A stretch of DNA of 64,000 nucleotides from assembly GCA_963703505.1 (NCBI GenBank), contig CAVPEL010000010.1:206214-270213 (forward strand), read 5' to 3'. Source of the DNA: an uncultured Actinomycetota bacterium. Its GTDB lineage: Bacteria > Actinomycetota > Actinomycetes > CAVPEL01. Numbering within the stretch: position 1 is the first letter of the stretch; each line of letters starts with the position of its first letter. This document shows, in pieces, positions 1 to 9,458 of the stretch. The translations under genes were made by a program, and so were the position numbers. The notes under the pieces are model-generated. The model was not told where the DNA came from. It ran no database searches and saw nothing but the letters and a program-made list of their open reading frames with translations.

Positions 1-639
1 CGCGACCTAGGCGTTGAGCTCCACCTTGGCGCGGTGGTCACCGACATCGACGCCACCGGCCTTGCCGCGCGCGACCATGCCGGCACCACGACTCGCTACG
101 ACGCGGGAACCGTGCTGTGGACCGCGGGCGTGGAAGCACCGCCAATCGCCGATGCCCTCGCAACCGCCACCGGTGCCGAGCGTGATCGCGCGGGACGTAT
201 CCACGTCGCGCCGGACCTGACGGTCCCCGGACACCCGACGATCTACGTCATCGGCGACCTCATGAGCCTCGGGAAGCTGCCCGGTCTCGCCGAGGTCGCC
301 ATGCAAGGCGGCCTGTACGCCGGTCGGCGCATCCACCGCCAAGTAACGGGCGGTGCGCAGCTGCAGTCGTTTCGGTACCACGACCTCGGATCCGCCGCCT
401 ACATCGCCCGTGGTCGCGCGGTCGTTGCCGCCGGGCCCCTCCATTACGACGGCATGGCCGGCTGGATGACCTGGCTCTTCATCCACATCGCCTTCCTCAC
501 CGGCTTCCGCAACCGGGTCGGCGCGGTGCTCACCTGGTGGGTCACCTTCGCCCGGAGCCGTCGGCGCGAGCGGGCGTTCACCACGCACAGCATCGACGTC
601 CGCGATGTCTACACGCCGCCGGTGCCCCCGGCCGACTAG
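1..639 (+). CDS. ndh: Type II NADH dehydrogenase (Ndh), C-terminal part; 5' end outside window
   Basis: Frame is open from base 1 (RDLGVELHLGAVVTDIDATG...). Pyridine-nucleotide oxidoreductase motifs are present (TVLWTAGV, IYVIGD), followed by a C-terminal hydrophobic helix. TAG stop at 637-639. Confidence 0.8.
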   Translation, partial: RDLGVELHLGAVVTDIDATGLAARDHAGTTTRYDAGTVLWTAGVEAPPIADALATATGAERDRAGRIHVAPDLTVPGHPTIYVIGDLMSLGKLPGLAEVAMQGGLYAGRRIHRQVTGGAQLQSFRYHDLGSAAYIARGRAVVAAGPLHYDGMAGWMTWLFIHIAFLTGFRNRVGAVLTWWVTFARSRRRERAFTTHSIDVRDVYTPPVPPAD

Positions 640-653
640 ATCGTCGAATTCCG

Positions 654-1985
654 CTACGGCGTCACTACCGGGGGCCGGCCGAGGAACTCCACGATCGCGG
701 CACCGAGCAGCACGAGGATGGCGACGACGATGATGAGGGTGGGTGTCGGGTGCCCCCAGAACACGATGACCAGGGCGCCCAGGAGGACCATGCCGATCCG
801 CAACCAGCGCTTGTGCTCATAGACCCAAGTGCCGAACTGACCGGTGCGCAACCCTGCGGACTCGGCGCCGCCGCGTAGCCAGCCCACACCGTGCACCAGA
901 CCGGCCCGCGTGCGCACGGCGGTGACCGACCGGCCGGTGAGGAACGCTGCGGCGGCGACGATGAGCCCCGCCACAGCGGTAGCTCGCAGTCCGGTGCGCA
1001 GGAAGCGGACGACCGTGTCGAACACCGCGCTCGCCGCGTCATGGGGCAGCACGTTGCTCGGCACCGATCCCAGGTAGATCGGGCGGACCACCGCCAAGCC
1101 CACTCCGAGGACGAGCATCCCGCCGACGACGCCGAGCGCTGCCCCGATCAGGGCTCGTCGATGGTTCTTCGCGATGTACACGGCGACGGCGATGAGCACC
1201 AAGGCGAGGATCGGCAGCCACACGGCTACCTTGTCGAGCAGCCGGTAGAGGCCCTGTGCCTTGGTGAGCTTCTCCGACTTGAACAGAGTGAAGGTTGCGC
1301 TGACCGGCGGAATCTTGCTGGCAATGGTGAACCCCTGCGCAACCAGTTTCGCCTTCACCTGGCTGACGAACGGGCCAAGGTTGAGGGAAATGGTGCCGTT
1401 CTTCGAGCTGAGCGCGGTGCCTTGCTTGCCCGACAGCACGTTGACCACCTGTTGATGGCCGGCTCGGTTGGCCGCGTCCCACGCGGTGGCGAACGCGGGA
1501 CTCGCGACGATCTTGGCCACGGCATTGTGCGTGAAGCTCTCGATCCCGTTGGCGATGGGCGTGGCGAGTGCGCTCAACTGAGCAGTGACCTTTGGCGGAA
1601 GGCCCTGCTTGCCGAGGGCAGCGAGTGCTTCGTCGGTCAGGCCCTTGATGTCGATTTCAGTGAAGATCTTGTTGGTGATGTCGTCGGTGACGGCGCTTTG
1701 GATGGCAGGGTCGCGAGCCAGCGGGGCGACAGTCTGCACGTAGCGGTCGGTGTCCGAGATCAACGAGTTGGCCCATATCGCCACCACGGACAAGGGCGCG
1801 AGCACGCAGGCCACCACGATGAGAACGGTCGCGGTGACCGATCGCCACCGCGCGTGGTGCGCCTTCGGGCTGGCCGGCGCCGCTGCGGCCTGCGCGGTCA
1901 CGAGCTTCGCCTGCAGGTCGGCGACCTGAGCGCGTAGGCGTTCCAGCTCCTCCTGGTCACCGGGCTGCCTGGTCTCGTCCGTCAC
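654..1985 (-). CDS. Hypothetical integral membrane protein with N-terminal coiled coil
   Basis: 443-aa ORF with a GTG start at 1985. It has an N-terminal LERLRAQVADLQAKL segment and then several hydrophobic helices. I do not recognise a family. Confidence 0.55.
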   Translation of the reverse strand: MTDETRQPGDQEELERLRAQVADLQAKLVTAQAAAAPASPKAHHARWRSVTATVLIVVACVLAPLSVVAIWANSLISDTDRYVQTVAPLARDPAIQSAVTDDITNKIFTEIDIKGLTDEALAALGKQGLPPKVTAQLSALATPIANGIESFTHNAVAKIVASPAFATAWDAANRAGHQQVVNVLSGKQGTALSSKNGTISLNLGPFVSQVKAKLVAQGFTIASKIPPVSATFTLFKSEKLTKAQGLYRLLDKVAVWLPILALVLIAVAVYIAKNHRRALIGAALGVVGGMLVLGVGLAVVRPIYLGSVPSNVLPHDAASAVFDTVVRFLRTGLRATAVAGLIVAAAAFLTGRSVTAVRTRAGLVHGVGWLRGGAESAGLRTGQFGTWVYEHKRWLRIGMVLLGALVIVFWGHPTPTLIIVVAILVLLGAAIVEFLGRPPVVTP

Positions 1986-2132
1986 TGCTCACCTTCACGG
2001 CGTTGCCCACCTTCACGCACCTGCTGACCGAACGATCGATTCGACCTCTCGCGGCCCTGCGAACTGTTGGTGTCCCCTCGAACGTCCAACTCCGGCAGGG
2101 CCGGCGCATCACCCTGAACGGATGACGCGAAG

Positions 2133-3506
2133 TCAGGGCTTGGGAGCGGACTCGGCGACCTCCTGCGCCGGATTTTGAGCGGGAACCTCTATCGGGGTCA
2201 GCCGGGCCGCCACGACGTAGGCCACGACCACGGCCACAATGACCAAGGGCATGACGGCGAGCCCGTCGGAGAACAACAGCAGGGTCGCCAGCAAGACCGA
2301 CGTCATCGGCAGAGTGAGCATGACCACGCACATCGCACCGATGCCCATGGCTACCGCCGGCACCATCGGTAGCCCGGGCAGGTGCGACATGGCGAGGCCC
2401 CCGGCCGCCCCCAGGAACATCGCCGGGAAGATGGGCCCTCCGCGAAAGCTGGTCAACGACACGCTGTAGGCGAGCCCCTTGCACACGAGGAGCAACAGCA
2501 GCGCCCCCACGGTGTAGCCCGCGCTCTTGGCGAGCAGCGGACCGAGTTCTGCCTGGCCGGAGAAGAGCACATCGGAGGAACCGTGGCCGGTGGCCTCGGC
2601 GTAGGCGATCGCGAGACCGGCAACGACGAGTCCCGCCACCGGCGTGGCCAGCAGCAGTCTGCGCTCGACGTGAGGACGTAGCGCCAGGGCGAGTCGGCGG
2701 ATCCCCACCCCCACCAGGGCCGCTGCCACGCCAATGACCAGCGCCCAGCCGAACTCCGCGACATCCGGCCGCGCAAAAGGCGGCAGGTTCGGCAGCGACA
2801 ACGAGGTCGTTCCCAGCCCTGACACGGTGTCCAGCCCGATGAAGATCAGCGCACCGATGCCGGCGGCCAGCAAGCCGGGAAGCAGAATCAGTGACGCGGT
2901 CGCCCCGCCCAAGCCGGAAGCCTCCATCAGCAGGAACGCCCCGAGCAGCGGTGAGCCCAGTAGCGTGCTGATCGCGGCGAAGCTGCCCGCCGCACCCAGC
3001 ACCGCCGCCGCCTGTGCCGGCGCGCCCCGCTTGACCAGGCGCATCGCCCACGCGGCAAGACCCGCGCCCAGCGCGATGAGAGGTGCCTCGGGCCCGAGCA
3101 CCGCGCCGAGGCCAAGGGTGACCAAGGCCGCGAGGGCGATGCCGGGCAGGTCTCGGGCTGCGGGAGCTCCCCTCGGCTTGAACCCGTCGGCCGGGGACTC
3201 CCCGCCTCGGCCGGGGAGGTAGCGGATGGTCAGCGCCACCAGGACCCCGGCCACGAACAGCGGCAGCACCGGCCACCACGGCGGCTCACCGTGGAATCCA
3301 AGGCCCTTCGGTAGGTCGGTGAACACCCAGCCCTGGAGGTGGACGCTCAGCTGGAGGAAGGAGTAGGCGACCGCCGAGATCGGCACGCCGAGTATCGCCG
3401 CCACGACCAAGACGACCAGGTAGCTGCGGGATCGCAGCAGCGCTTTCGGGTCGAGGGACGATGGCACTGTCACGCGATCCGCCTCCCGCCCAGGCATCAC
3501 CCGCAC
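2133..3506 (-). CDS. ClC-family voltage-gated chloride channel / H+-Cl- antiporter
   Basis: 457 aa and polytopic. Carries ClC signature stretches GPEAPLIALGAG, GSPLLGAFLLMEASG and GGPIFPAMFLGAAGG. Confidence 0.85.
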   Translation of the reverse strand: MRVMPGREADRVTVPSSLDPKALLRSRSYLVVLVVAAILGVPISAVAYSFLQLSVHLQGWVFTDLPKGLGFHGEPPWWPVLPLFVAGVLVALTIRYLPGRGGESPADGFKPRGAPAARDLPGIALAALVTLGLGAVLGPEAPLIALGAGLAAWAMRLVKRGAPAQAAAVLGAAGSFAAISTLLGSPLLGAFLLMEASGLGGATASLILLPGLLAAGIGALIFIGLDTVSGLGTTSLSLPNLPPFARPDVAEFGWALVIGVAAALVGVGIRRLALALRPHVERRLLLATPVAGLVVAGLAIAYAEATGHGSSDVLFSGQAELGPLLAKSAGYTVGALLLLLVCKGLAYSVSLTSFRGGPIFPAMFLGAAGGLAMSHLPGLPMVPAVAMGIGAMCVVMLTLPMTSVLLATLLLFSDGLAVMPLVIVAVVVAYVVAARLTPIEVPAQNPAQEVAESAPKP

Positions 3507-3530
3507 AGATGAGAGGCGATGCCTCCTGCG

Positions 3531-3806
3531 TTACACGCCGAGGATGCGCGCCTTCGCCTGAGCGAACTCCTCGTCAGTGAGCACCCCGGTGTCGTGCAGC
3601 TTGGCCAATTGCTGGATCTTGTCGACCTGGGGGTCGACAGACGGGGCGGGTGGCGCGGGCGCTGGGGGCGGCGCATATTGCGGCGCATATTGCTCGGCGG
3701 CTTCCTGTTCCCGGTACGCAGAAGCTTCGGCCGACCGCTTACCGACGTGGTACGCAGTGCCGCCGACGACCGCCGCCCGGAGTAGAGGCCTGCGACGCAT
3801 GATCAT
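3531..3806 (-). CDS. SHOCT domain-containing small protein
   Basis: 91 aa with a C-terminal SHOCT motif (QQLAKLHDTGVLTDEEFAQAKARILG) and a Pro/Ala-rich linker. Its ATG overlaps the upstream CMD gene stop (ATGA). Confidence 0.75.
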   Translation of the reverse strand: MIMRRRPLLRAAVVGGTAYHVGKRSAEASAYREQEAAEQYAPQYAPPPAPAPPAPSVDPQVDKIQQLAKLHDTGVLTDEEFAQAKARILGV

Positions 3807-4174
3807 GATGAGGCTCCTTCGGTCGAGGTCGATTCATCGTCCAGCGCGATGTCGAGCGCGAACGCGATCTCTGGTGCTGCGGCAACCACTCGAGCCATGC
3901 CGATCGTGGGGGCCAGCGCGATGAGCACGCCGAGGACGTCGCCGTCGCTGACTCCGCTCTCCTTAGCTATCCCGACCTGCCACATGTACGAAGCGGGCGG
4001 AGCGTCGAGTGTGATGAGGCTGGCGATGCGCACCAGGGCGTGCGTCTTCGGGTCGAGCCCCGAGTCGACGATGTTGTCGATCTGCATCTTCAGCAGCGAC
4101 TCGATGAATGCATGGTCGCCGGTCGCCATGCCTCGTACAGCGGTCGCGAAGTCGGTCCGATCGAAGATGGCCAT
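3803..4174 (-). CDS. Carboxymuconolactone decarboxylase (AhpD-like) family protein
   Basis: 123 aa with a CMD-family pattern (KTHALVRIASLITLDAPPASYMWQVGIA...GVLIALAPTIG). An RBS (GAAAGGA) precedes the ATG at 4174. Confidence 0.75.
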   Translation of the reverse strand: MAIFDRTDFATAVRGMATGDHAFIESLLKMQIDNIVDSGLDPKTHALVRIASLITLDAPPASYMWQVGIAKESGVSDGDVLGVLIALAPTIGMARVVAAAPEIAFALDIALDDESTSTEGASS

Positions 4175-4229
4175 GGCAGTGTCCTTTCGGGGTCCGTCGC
4201 CTCCTCAACCGTCCACCATCTCCGCAGGC

Positions 4230-4258
4230 GCGGCTTCACCCGTTACGGGTGAAGCCGC
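4230..4258. promoter_or_regulatory. 29-bp perfect palindrome (core TCACCCGTTACGGGTGA), candidate operator upstream of the CMD-SHOCT operon
   Basis: The sequence gcggcttcacccgttacgggtgaagccgc is self-complementary around T4244. It lies 56-84 nt upstream of the CMD ATG and covers the yihY stop codon. No U-tract follows, so it is not a classic terminator. Confidence 0.4.
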
Positions 4259-5152
4259 CGGCGCTGGTAGACCGAGCTCCCGACCACGGCACCGCCCAGC
4301 ATCACGAAGCTGAACCCCACGATCCACGAGAGCAGCATGAAAACCGTGCCGATCGGCCCGTATTGGCGGGTTTCGCTGACGATGGCTCGCGAGAAGTACA
4401 GCGCGGCGGCGCCCCTGAGCCCGAACAGGCCGATCGTGATGGCGATAGCACCAGGAAGCAACGGCCGCCACCCGACTCTGCCGCCGAGCAGCAGGTGCTG
4501 CGATCCCCAGGCGGCGAACAGGACGATGGGCACGGAGATCAGCCCGAGGAGCACCTTGCCCAGCGTTCCGTGCACGAGCAGGGTGAAATTCACCAGAATC
4601 ATCAGCACGACGACGAACCCCGCGATCCACACGACGGCGCGCCAGAGGCCACGGCGGCCCAGCGGCGGGAGCCGCCAAGCCAGTTCGTAGCCTCGCTGAA
4701 GAGCATTAGGCCACGCGTAGGCGAACAGGATGCCGAGCACGAGTCCCCCGGCGGTACTGGCTCCGCGCACCGCGTTCGGGCTGGCGAAGAGCTGCTGTAC
4801 GTCCTTGGACGCAGCGTCCGAGAACCCCAGCCGGTTGACGAATCCCGTGGAGATGCTGTGCTCTGCTGCCGAGGGGTGAGATCGCCGCAATAGTGATCAA
4901 CAAGGGGACGAGGCACATGAACGCCAGCGCCGCGAGGATCATGGCCTCGCGCATGAGGTCGGCCTCTCTGATGGCCTGCAGGTGGTGGCCTGTGGTGGTC
5001 TCGTCCACCCGTTGGCGGGTGGCCGAGTACCGGGCGGACAACCTCTGGGCATCGTGGCTGGCGCGTTGGCTGATCCGGGACCGCGCACCGTGGGAGAGGA
5101 CCTCGTCGCCGCGCCCCGCTTCGTGACGGTCACCCGCTGGTCGCTCGCTCAC
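4243..5152 (-). pseudogene. YihY/BrkB family membrane protein, one frameshift near 4865-4880
   Basis: The N-terminal part (...AMILAALAFMCLVPLLITIAAISPLG) is in the frame of ORF 4706-5152. The rest (SAAEHSISTGFVNRLGFSD...SWIVGFSFVMLGGAVV) is in the frame of ORF 4243-4890. Confidence 0.7.
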
Positions 5153-5205
5153 TTCTTCGCGTCCATGCCGAAGCCCTGTTCGCCGGTCGCGGAGAATCCC
5201 CAGCG

Positions 5206-5709
5206 CTACATCTGTGCGGCGACCATGCTCAGCTGCTTGTCGAGCTCCGCGCCTTCCATGTCGAGCTCCCGCTCAAGGCGGGACTGCGCGTGGTTCATCA
5301 CCGCGTCGAGCTTCTCGCCGAGCTTGTCGCGGGCCACCACGATGAGCGCGGCTTGGCCGTTGTCCAATGTCTCGCCGAACTCCTTCACGTCCTTGCGCGA
5401 CATGCCATGCGAGAAGTGGCCGATGAGGCCGCCCGCGCCGCCTCCCACGAGGGCGCTGCCGATCAGTGACGGCGGGAAGAGGATCCCCACGACCGCGCCG
5501 ACGCCGACGCCGGTCCATGCGCCGTGCTGCGTCGGCTTCTCGATCTTGTGGACGTGAACCGCGTCCCCCGTCTTCGACACCACGGCGGCGTCGTAGGTGC
5601 CGATCACCCCATCGCTGTGCAAGTCCTTCACGGTCATCAGGTCGACCTCAGCGTCGTTTTCGCTCTCATAGGTCCCCACGTAGAGGAACACATCATGGCT
5701 CTTCGACAT
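5206..5709 (-). CDS. DUF1269-like membrane/general stress protein
   Basis: Starts MSKSHDVFLYVGTYESENDAEVD, preceded by the strong RBS GAAGGAGG. Contains a Gly-rich transmembrane segment (GVGVGAVVGILFPPSLIGSALVGGGAGGLIG). Confidence 0.65.
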   Translation of the reverse strand: MSKSHDVFLYVGTYESENDAEVDLMTVKDLHSDGVIGTYDAAVVSKTGDAVHVHKIEKPTQHGAWTGVGVGAVVGILFPPSLIGSALVGGGAGGLIGHFSHGMSRKDVKEFGETLDNGQAALIVVARDKLGEKLDAVMNHAQSRLERELDMEGAELDKQLSMVAAQM

Positions 5710-5774
5710 CGCGGCCTCCTTCGGTCGAGCGCGGCTCTGCACATCGACGCTCTCCCCGCGACCAGCGGCCGTCA

Positions 5775-5791
5775 TCACCCCTGCCGGGTGA
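5775..5791. promoter_or_regulatory. TCACCC-N5-GGGTGA inverted repeat (copy B1) in divergent promoter region
   Basis: The sequence tcacccctgccgggtga has 6-bp perfect arms. It lies between the DUF1269 gene (minus strand) and the PLDc_N-SHOCT gene (plus strand). Confidence 0.3.
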
Positions 5792-5820
5792 ACCGTGCGA
5801 CAAGCGCGGGCGAGACTCAA

Positions 5821-5837
5821 TCACCCGTGACGGGTGA
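5821..5837. promoter_or_regulatory. 17-bp perfect palindrome TCACCCGTGACGGGTGA (copy B2) in divergent promoter region
   Basis: It has the same core as the palindrome at 4230-4258. It lies 81-97 nt upstream of the PLDc_N-SHOCT ATG (5918) and 112-128 nt upstream of the DUF1269 ATG (5709). Confidence 0.4.
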
Positions 5838-5917
5838 GGCCCCCGGTGCACCACCCGCACAGACTGGGTCAGAGCACGGACACGCTGTTGACGGAACCGA
5901 CTGCGGAGGTTGACGAC

Positions 5918-6338
5918 ATGAACACGCCGTTCTGGAACGCCTTCTGGCTCATGTTCATCTTCATCCCCTTGCTGTTGATCTGGGGATTCGCGCTGGTCGA
6001 CATCTTTCGGCGAGACGACATGGGCGGCTTCAGCAAGGCGCTGTGGGTGCTTGTCGTGATCCTCTTGCCGTTCTTCGGCACGTTCATCTACCTGATCACG
6101 CGTCCCGCTGGTGCGACCGCAGGAAGAGCGCGTCGCGATCGATGAGGCCAACCGGGAGTTCGTGCAGACCTACGCACCCACCAACACCGCTGACCAGCTC
6201 CAGGTGCTCGCCGGCCTTCATGACCGTGGCAAGCTGAGCGACGCGGAGTTCGCCGCCGAGAAGGGGCGTCTGCTCCAGACCGCGGGAGGCGCCGCCAACC
6301 AGACCGCGTCACCGAACGCGACGATTCCTGCGGCTTGA
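5918..6338 (+). pseudogene. PLD-nuclease N-terminal (PLDc_N) membrane domain fused to SHOCT domain; one frameshift near 6108-6112
   Basis: MNTPFWNAFWLMFIFIPLLLIWGFALVDIFRRDD...YLITRPA is in one frame. RPQEERVAIDEANREF...LAGLHDRGKLSDAEFAAEKGRLL (SHOCT) is in the +1 frame. As I recall, this family normally carries both parts in a single polypeptide. Confidence 0.65.
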
Positions 6339-6344
6339 GGTGCA

Positions 6345-9041
6345 TCACAGGAGTTTGAAGTCGTGCGCTCGGGTGAGTGCGTGCTGGCGGTCGGAGGCGT
6401 CGAGCTTGCGGTAGATGCTCTTGACGTGGGTCCTGATGGTGTTCTCCGACACGAATAGCTGCGAGGCGATCTCGGCTTTTGACAGCCGTGTCCGCAGGTA
6501 GCGCAACACCTCCAGCTCACGCTCGCTGAGCGGTTCGACGAGGTGGTGCTCGGCTTGCTGCGGGATGGAAGTAACCCGGGCCCGCTCCAGCAGATCCAAC
6601 GCGAAATCGCTGTGCGGGACACCGAGCTCGACAAGAGAGGCCAGCGTCGCAGCCAGCGCCGAAGGGCAGTCGAGGAAGGGCCGGCGGATCTGCTGGGGCG
6701 CCGCCAGCGCCAACGCCAGTTCTGCTGAGTCCCGTGCCGCCGCCTCGTCGCCGAGCTGGGCCGCCGTGGCAGCGCCCAGTGCGGCGACCTCGACCCGGGC
6801 CACCAGGCAGGCGGGTGGGCTCATCATCCACGGCGCGAGGACCTTTCGCGCCTGCGCCGCCGCACCCAGCCGTAGCTGGACGTCGGCCAGCACCACCTGG
6901 CGAGCCCGATGCTCGCTGAGCTCATCGGGCGTCTCGGGCTCGAGGAGCAGGTCACGAGCCGCCGTCAGCTCGCCCTCGCTGATGCGCTGATCGGCTTCCG
7001 CGACAGCCAGCATGATCGTCAGCCAACGCGGTGAGGACCACCCGTCCCCGAGCTTGTTGGCGTCATCGAGAACGCGACGAGCTCCGGCCACGTCGCCCAG
7101 AGCGCAGAGCACCTGGGCTCTTACCCGTGCGATCAGCGTGGCCGTGACCACCTCCGACTCGGGCACCAGGCTGCTCGCGTGTTCCAGGCCTCGACGGGCC
7201 TCCACCAGCTCGTCCCTGAAGTAGTGCACGCGACCTAGCGCCCAGTACGCCGCAGCGAGACTGTGAGAGCCGGACCATCCGTGGCGATCAGCGAAGTCGA
7301 TCACCTCGAGCGCCTGCTGCATGGCCCCCTCGAGGTTGCCGGCCCGACAGGCGAGCACCGCAAGCCAGGGTTGGGCGGACAAGCGCAGATACCGCAGGTT
7401 CTCGTCACCGGCGGCGATCATCGCCTGATGCATGTGGTGCTCGGTGGCCACGATGTCGCCGTCGTTGACGCCAACCAGGCCGAGGCCGATCCGCAGCCTC
7501 GCCCGATGGGCGTGCTCCATCCAGGATCCGGGCTCGGCCGCATCGAGTTCGGCGAGCAGCCGCTCAGCCTCCTGACGTGCCCCGTACTCCCGACCCAGGG
7601 TGCGCTCGTAATGGAGTCGCTGGACGGCCAATGTCACCTGGATCGCGCGCCGATCCCGCGCCGTCATCGTCGAGATCGTCTCCGTGCCGAGCACCCGCTC
7701 AGCCGCGTCGGTCAGAGCCTCGGCCGCCACAGGGTCCCCGTCATCGATGTGAAGAGCCGCACGCGCGAGGGCGAGCTGAGGTTCGGCACCCACAGTCTGC
7801 TCGGGGAAACGGTCAAGAAGCACGCGGACCGTGCCCAGCTCGCCGCCCGCGAGAAGTCTCTGCCAGGACCCGCCCACGAGCGCCGCCGCGTACGTCCAGT
7901 CACCCGCTTGCTCGGCGTGAGCAAGCGCTTCGACTGGGAGGTCGCGATCGCCGAACCACCGTGCCGCTACGGCGTGCAGCCGAGGGATCTCTTGGGGCGC
8001 CTCCCAGCGGAGCTCTTTGCGGGCGAGCTCGGCGAGCAGCTGGTGCCAGCGGTACCAGACAGGGCGCGTCCCTGCGGCGGTGATGAAGACGTTGCCTCGC
8101 GCGAGCCCGGCAAGCAGCCGAGGGCTGTCGCGGTTGCCGGTCAGGGCTACGGCCAGATCGTCGCAGATCCGGTCGACCATGCAGGCCCGCAGCAGGAACT
8201 CCCGCATCTGGCTCGGCAATCGAGTGAGTACCTCGGAGAGCAGGTAGTCGGCGAGGACGCCGACCTCGCCGCTCAGGTCTGCCAGTACTCGTGACGGGTC
8301 GTCGGTCTGTTGCAGCGTCAAGGCAGCGAGCCGCAGCCCAGCGGCCCACCCCTCGGTGCGGGCGACCAGCACGGCGAGCTGGTCCGCCCGGAGCGACAAG
8401 TCGTGGCCGGCCAGCAGCCCTTCGGCCTCGTCGGCCCGGAATGCCAGGTCGCTCGACCTGATCTCGGTGAGCTGGCCAGCCAGGCGCAGGCGGTGGAGCC
8501 GCAGGGGCGGGTCGACCCGGCTGCACAGGACGAGTCGCAGCTGCTCGGGTGCGTGGTCGAGCACGTAGTCGATCTCGGCGAGAACACCGGCATCGGTGAT
8601 GACGTGGAAGTCATCCATGACGATGAGCAGTGGCTCCGACAGCCGGCCGATGGCGTTGACGAGTCTGGCCGGGAAGTCGGCACCATCCTTGTGCGGCCCT
8701 GGCATCGGAGGCGGACCCAATGACCTCAGCAGACCGGGCGGCGGGTTCGGGCACATGCGGATCGCCTCAAGCAGCCCGGACCAGAACAGACCGAACTTGT
8801 CGTCTGTCTCGTCCAACGTCATCCAGACAACGCGGTCCCGGTAGGCGCAGGATCGCTGCCATGACGACACCAGCATGGTCTTGCCGGTACCCGCGGGGGC
8901 GGCGACGACGGTCAGCGTGTGCCGAGTACCCGCGTCGACCAGCTCGAACAGCCGCGGGCGGTCTATGACCTGCTGCGCTGAAGGGGGAGCGTGGAACTTG
9001 GTGCTCGCCAAGGCCCTCGCACGCTCGGCTGATCGCGTCAT
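6345..9041 (-). CDS. Large ATP-binding LuxR-family (LAL/MalT-like) transcriptional regulator
   Basis: Has an N-terminal P-loop (VVAAPAGTGKTMLVSSW), a long TPR-like middle region and a C-terminal LuxR helix-turn-helix (LSERELEVLRYLRTRLSKAEIASQLFVSENTIRTHVKSIYRKL). I chose the start at MTRSAERARAL; the ORF itself is open up to 9158. Confidence 0.85.
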   Translation of the reverse strand: MTRSAERARALASTKFHAPPSAQQVIDRPRLFELVDAGTRHTLTVVAAPAGTGKTMLVSSWQRSCAYRDRVVWMTLDETDDKFGLFWSGLLEAIRMCPNPPPGLLRSLGPPPMPGPHKDGADFPARLVNAIGRLSEPLLIVMDDFHVITDAGVLAEIDYVLDHAPEQLRLVLCSRVDPPLRLHRLRLAGQLTEIRSSDLAFRADEAEGLLAGHDLSLRADQLAVLVARTEGWAAGLRLAALTLQQTDDPSRVLADLSGEVGVLADYLLSEVLTRLPSQMREFLLRACMVDRICDDLAVALTGNRDSPRLLAGLARGNVFITAAGTRPVWYRWHQLLAELARKELRWEAPQEIPRLHAVAARWFGDRDLPVEALAHAEQAGDWTYAAALVGGSWQRLLAGGELGTVRVLLDRFPEQTVGAEPQLALARAALHIDDGDPVAAEALTDAAERVLGTETISTMTARDRRAIQVTLAVQRLHYERTLGREYGARQEAERLLAELDAAEPGSWMEHAHRARLRIGLGLVGVNDGDIVATEHHMHQAMIAAGDENLRYLRLSAQPWLAVLACRAGNLEGAMQQALEVIDFADRHGWSGSHSLAAAYWALGRVHYFRDELVEARRGLEHASSLVPESEVVTATLIARVRAQVLCALGDVAGARRVLDDANKLGDGWSSPRWLTIMLAVAEADQRISEGELTAARDLLLEPETPDELSEHRARQVVLADVQLRLGAAAQARKVLAPWMMSPPACLVARVEVAALGAATAAQLGDEAAARDSAELALALAAPQQIRRPFLDCPSALAATLASLVELGVPHSDFALDLLERARVTSIPQQAEHHLVEPLSERELEVLRYLRTRLSKAEIASQLFVSENTIRTHVKSIYRKLDASDRQHALTRAHDFKLL

Positions 9042-9115
9042 CCTGCGTCCGCTACGTCGTGGGCTACCACAGTCGTGGTCTGCACAACTCACGGTAACAA
9101 CCCCAGGGTCGGGTT

Positions 9116-9131
9116 CACCCGCGTGCGGGTG
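9116..9131. promoter_or_regulatory. Inverted repeat CACCCGC-GT-GCGGGTG upstream of the LuxR/LAL gene
   Basis: 7-bp perfect arms, 75-90 nt upstream of the proposed LuxR start (9041). It sits in the divergent region shared with the small gene at 9212. The arms resemble the TCACCCG...CGGGTGA palindromes at 4230 and 5821, but the arm spacing differs slightly. Confidence 0.3.
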
Positions 9132-9211
9132 GTGACCGCTCACCCGCTCGCGAGGCACCGTGGGCGACGACTGGCGGGGCCAAGCTGGCTAGAAGGCCAG
9201 GAGGAGATGCG

Positions 9212-9427
9212 GTGACTGCCGAGTACCTGATTCGACTCAGGGGCACCATCCGACCAGCGTTGATCTGCGACTTCGAGGGCTTGACTGTCGTCAACGATGA
9301 TCACGACACCGTGCTACGCGGCTTCATCGTCGACCAGGCTGCGCTGTTCGGGATCTTCGCTCGAATCCAGTCGCTCGGACTTGAGCTTCTCGACGTCCAG
9401 CGTCTCTCTGACAATCACGTCGCCTAG
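9212..9427 (+). CDS. Small conserved hypothetical protein (71 aa)
   Basis: GTG start preceded by GGAGGAG. Sequence MTAEYLIRLRGTI...DQAALFGIFARIQSLGLELLDVQRL resembles small alpha/beta proteins often found next to regulators in actinobacteria. Confidence 0.5.
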   Translation: MTAEYLIRLRGTIRPALICDFEGLTVVNDDHDTVLRGFIVDQAALFGIFARIQSLGLELLDVQRLSDNHVA

Positions 9428-9458
9428 GGAGCCACCATGAGTCAACCTTTCCCGAGCG

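Noticed and set aside
1986-2030. Direct repeat GTGAAGGTG(G/A)GCA x2, 21 nt apart, just upstream of the membrane-protein start at 1985
   Set aside because: One copy probably just provides the ribosome-binding site (AAGGTGA). There are only two short copies and no further occurrences, which is not enough to call a regulatory element.
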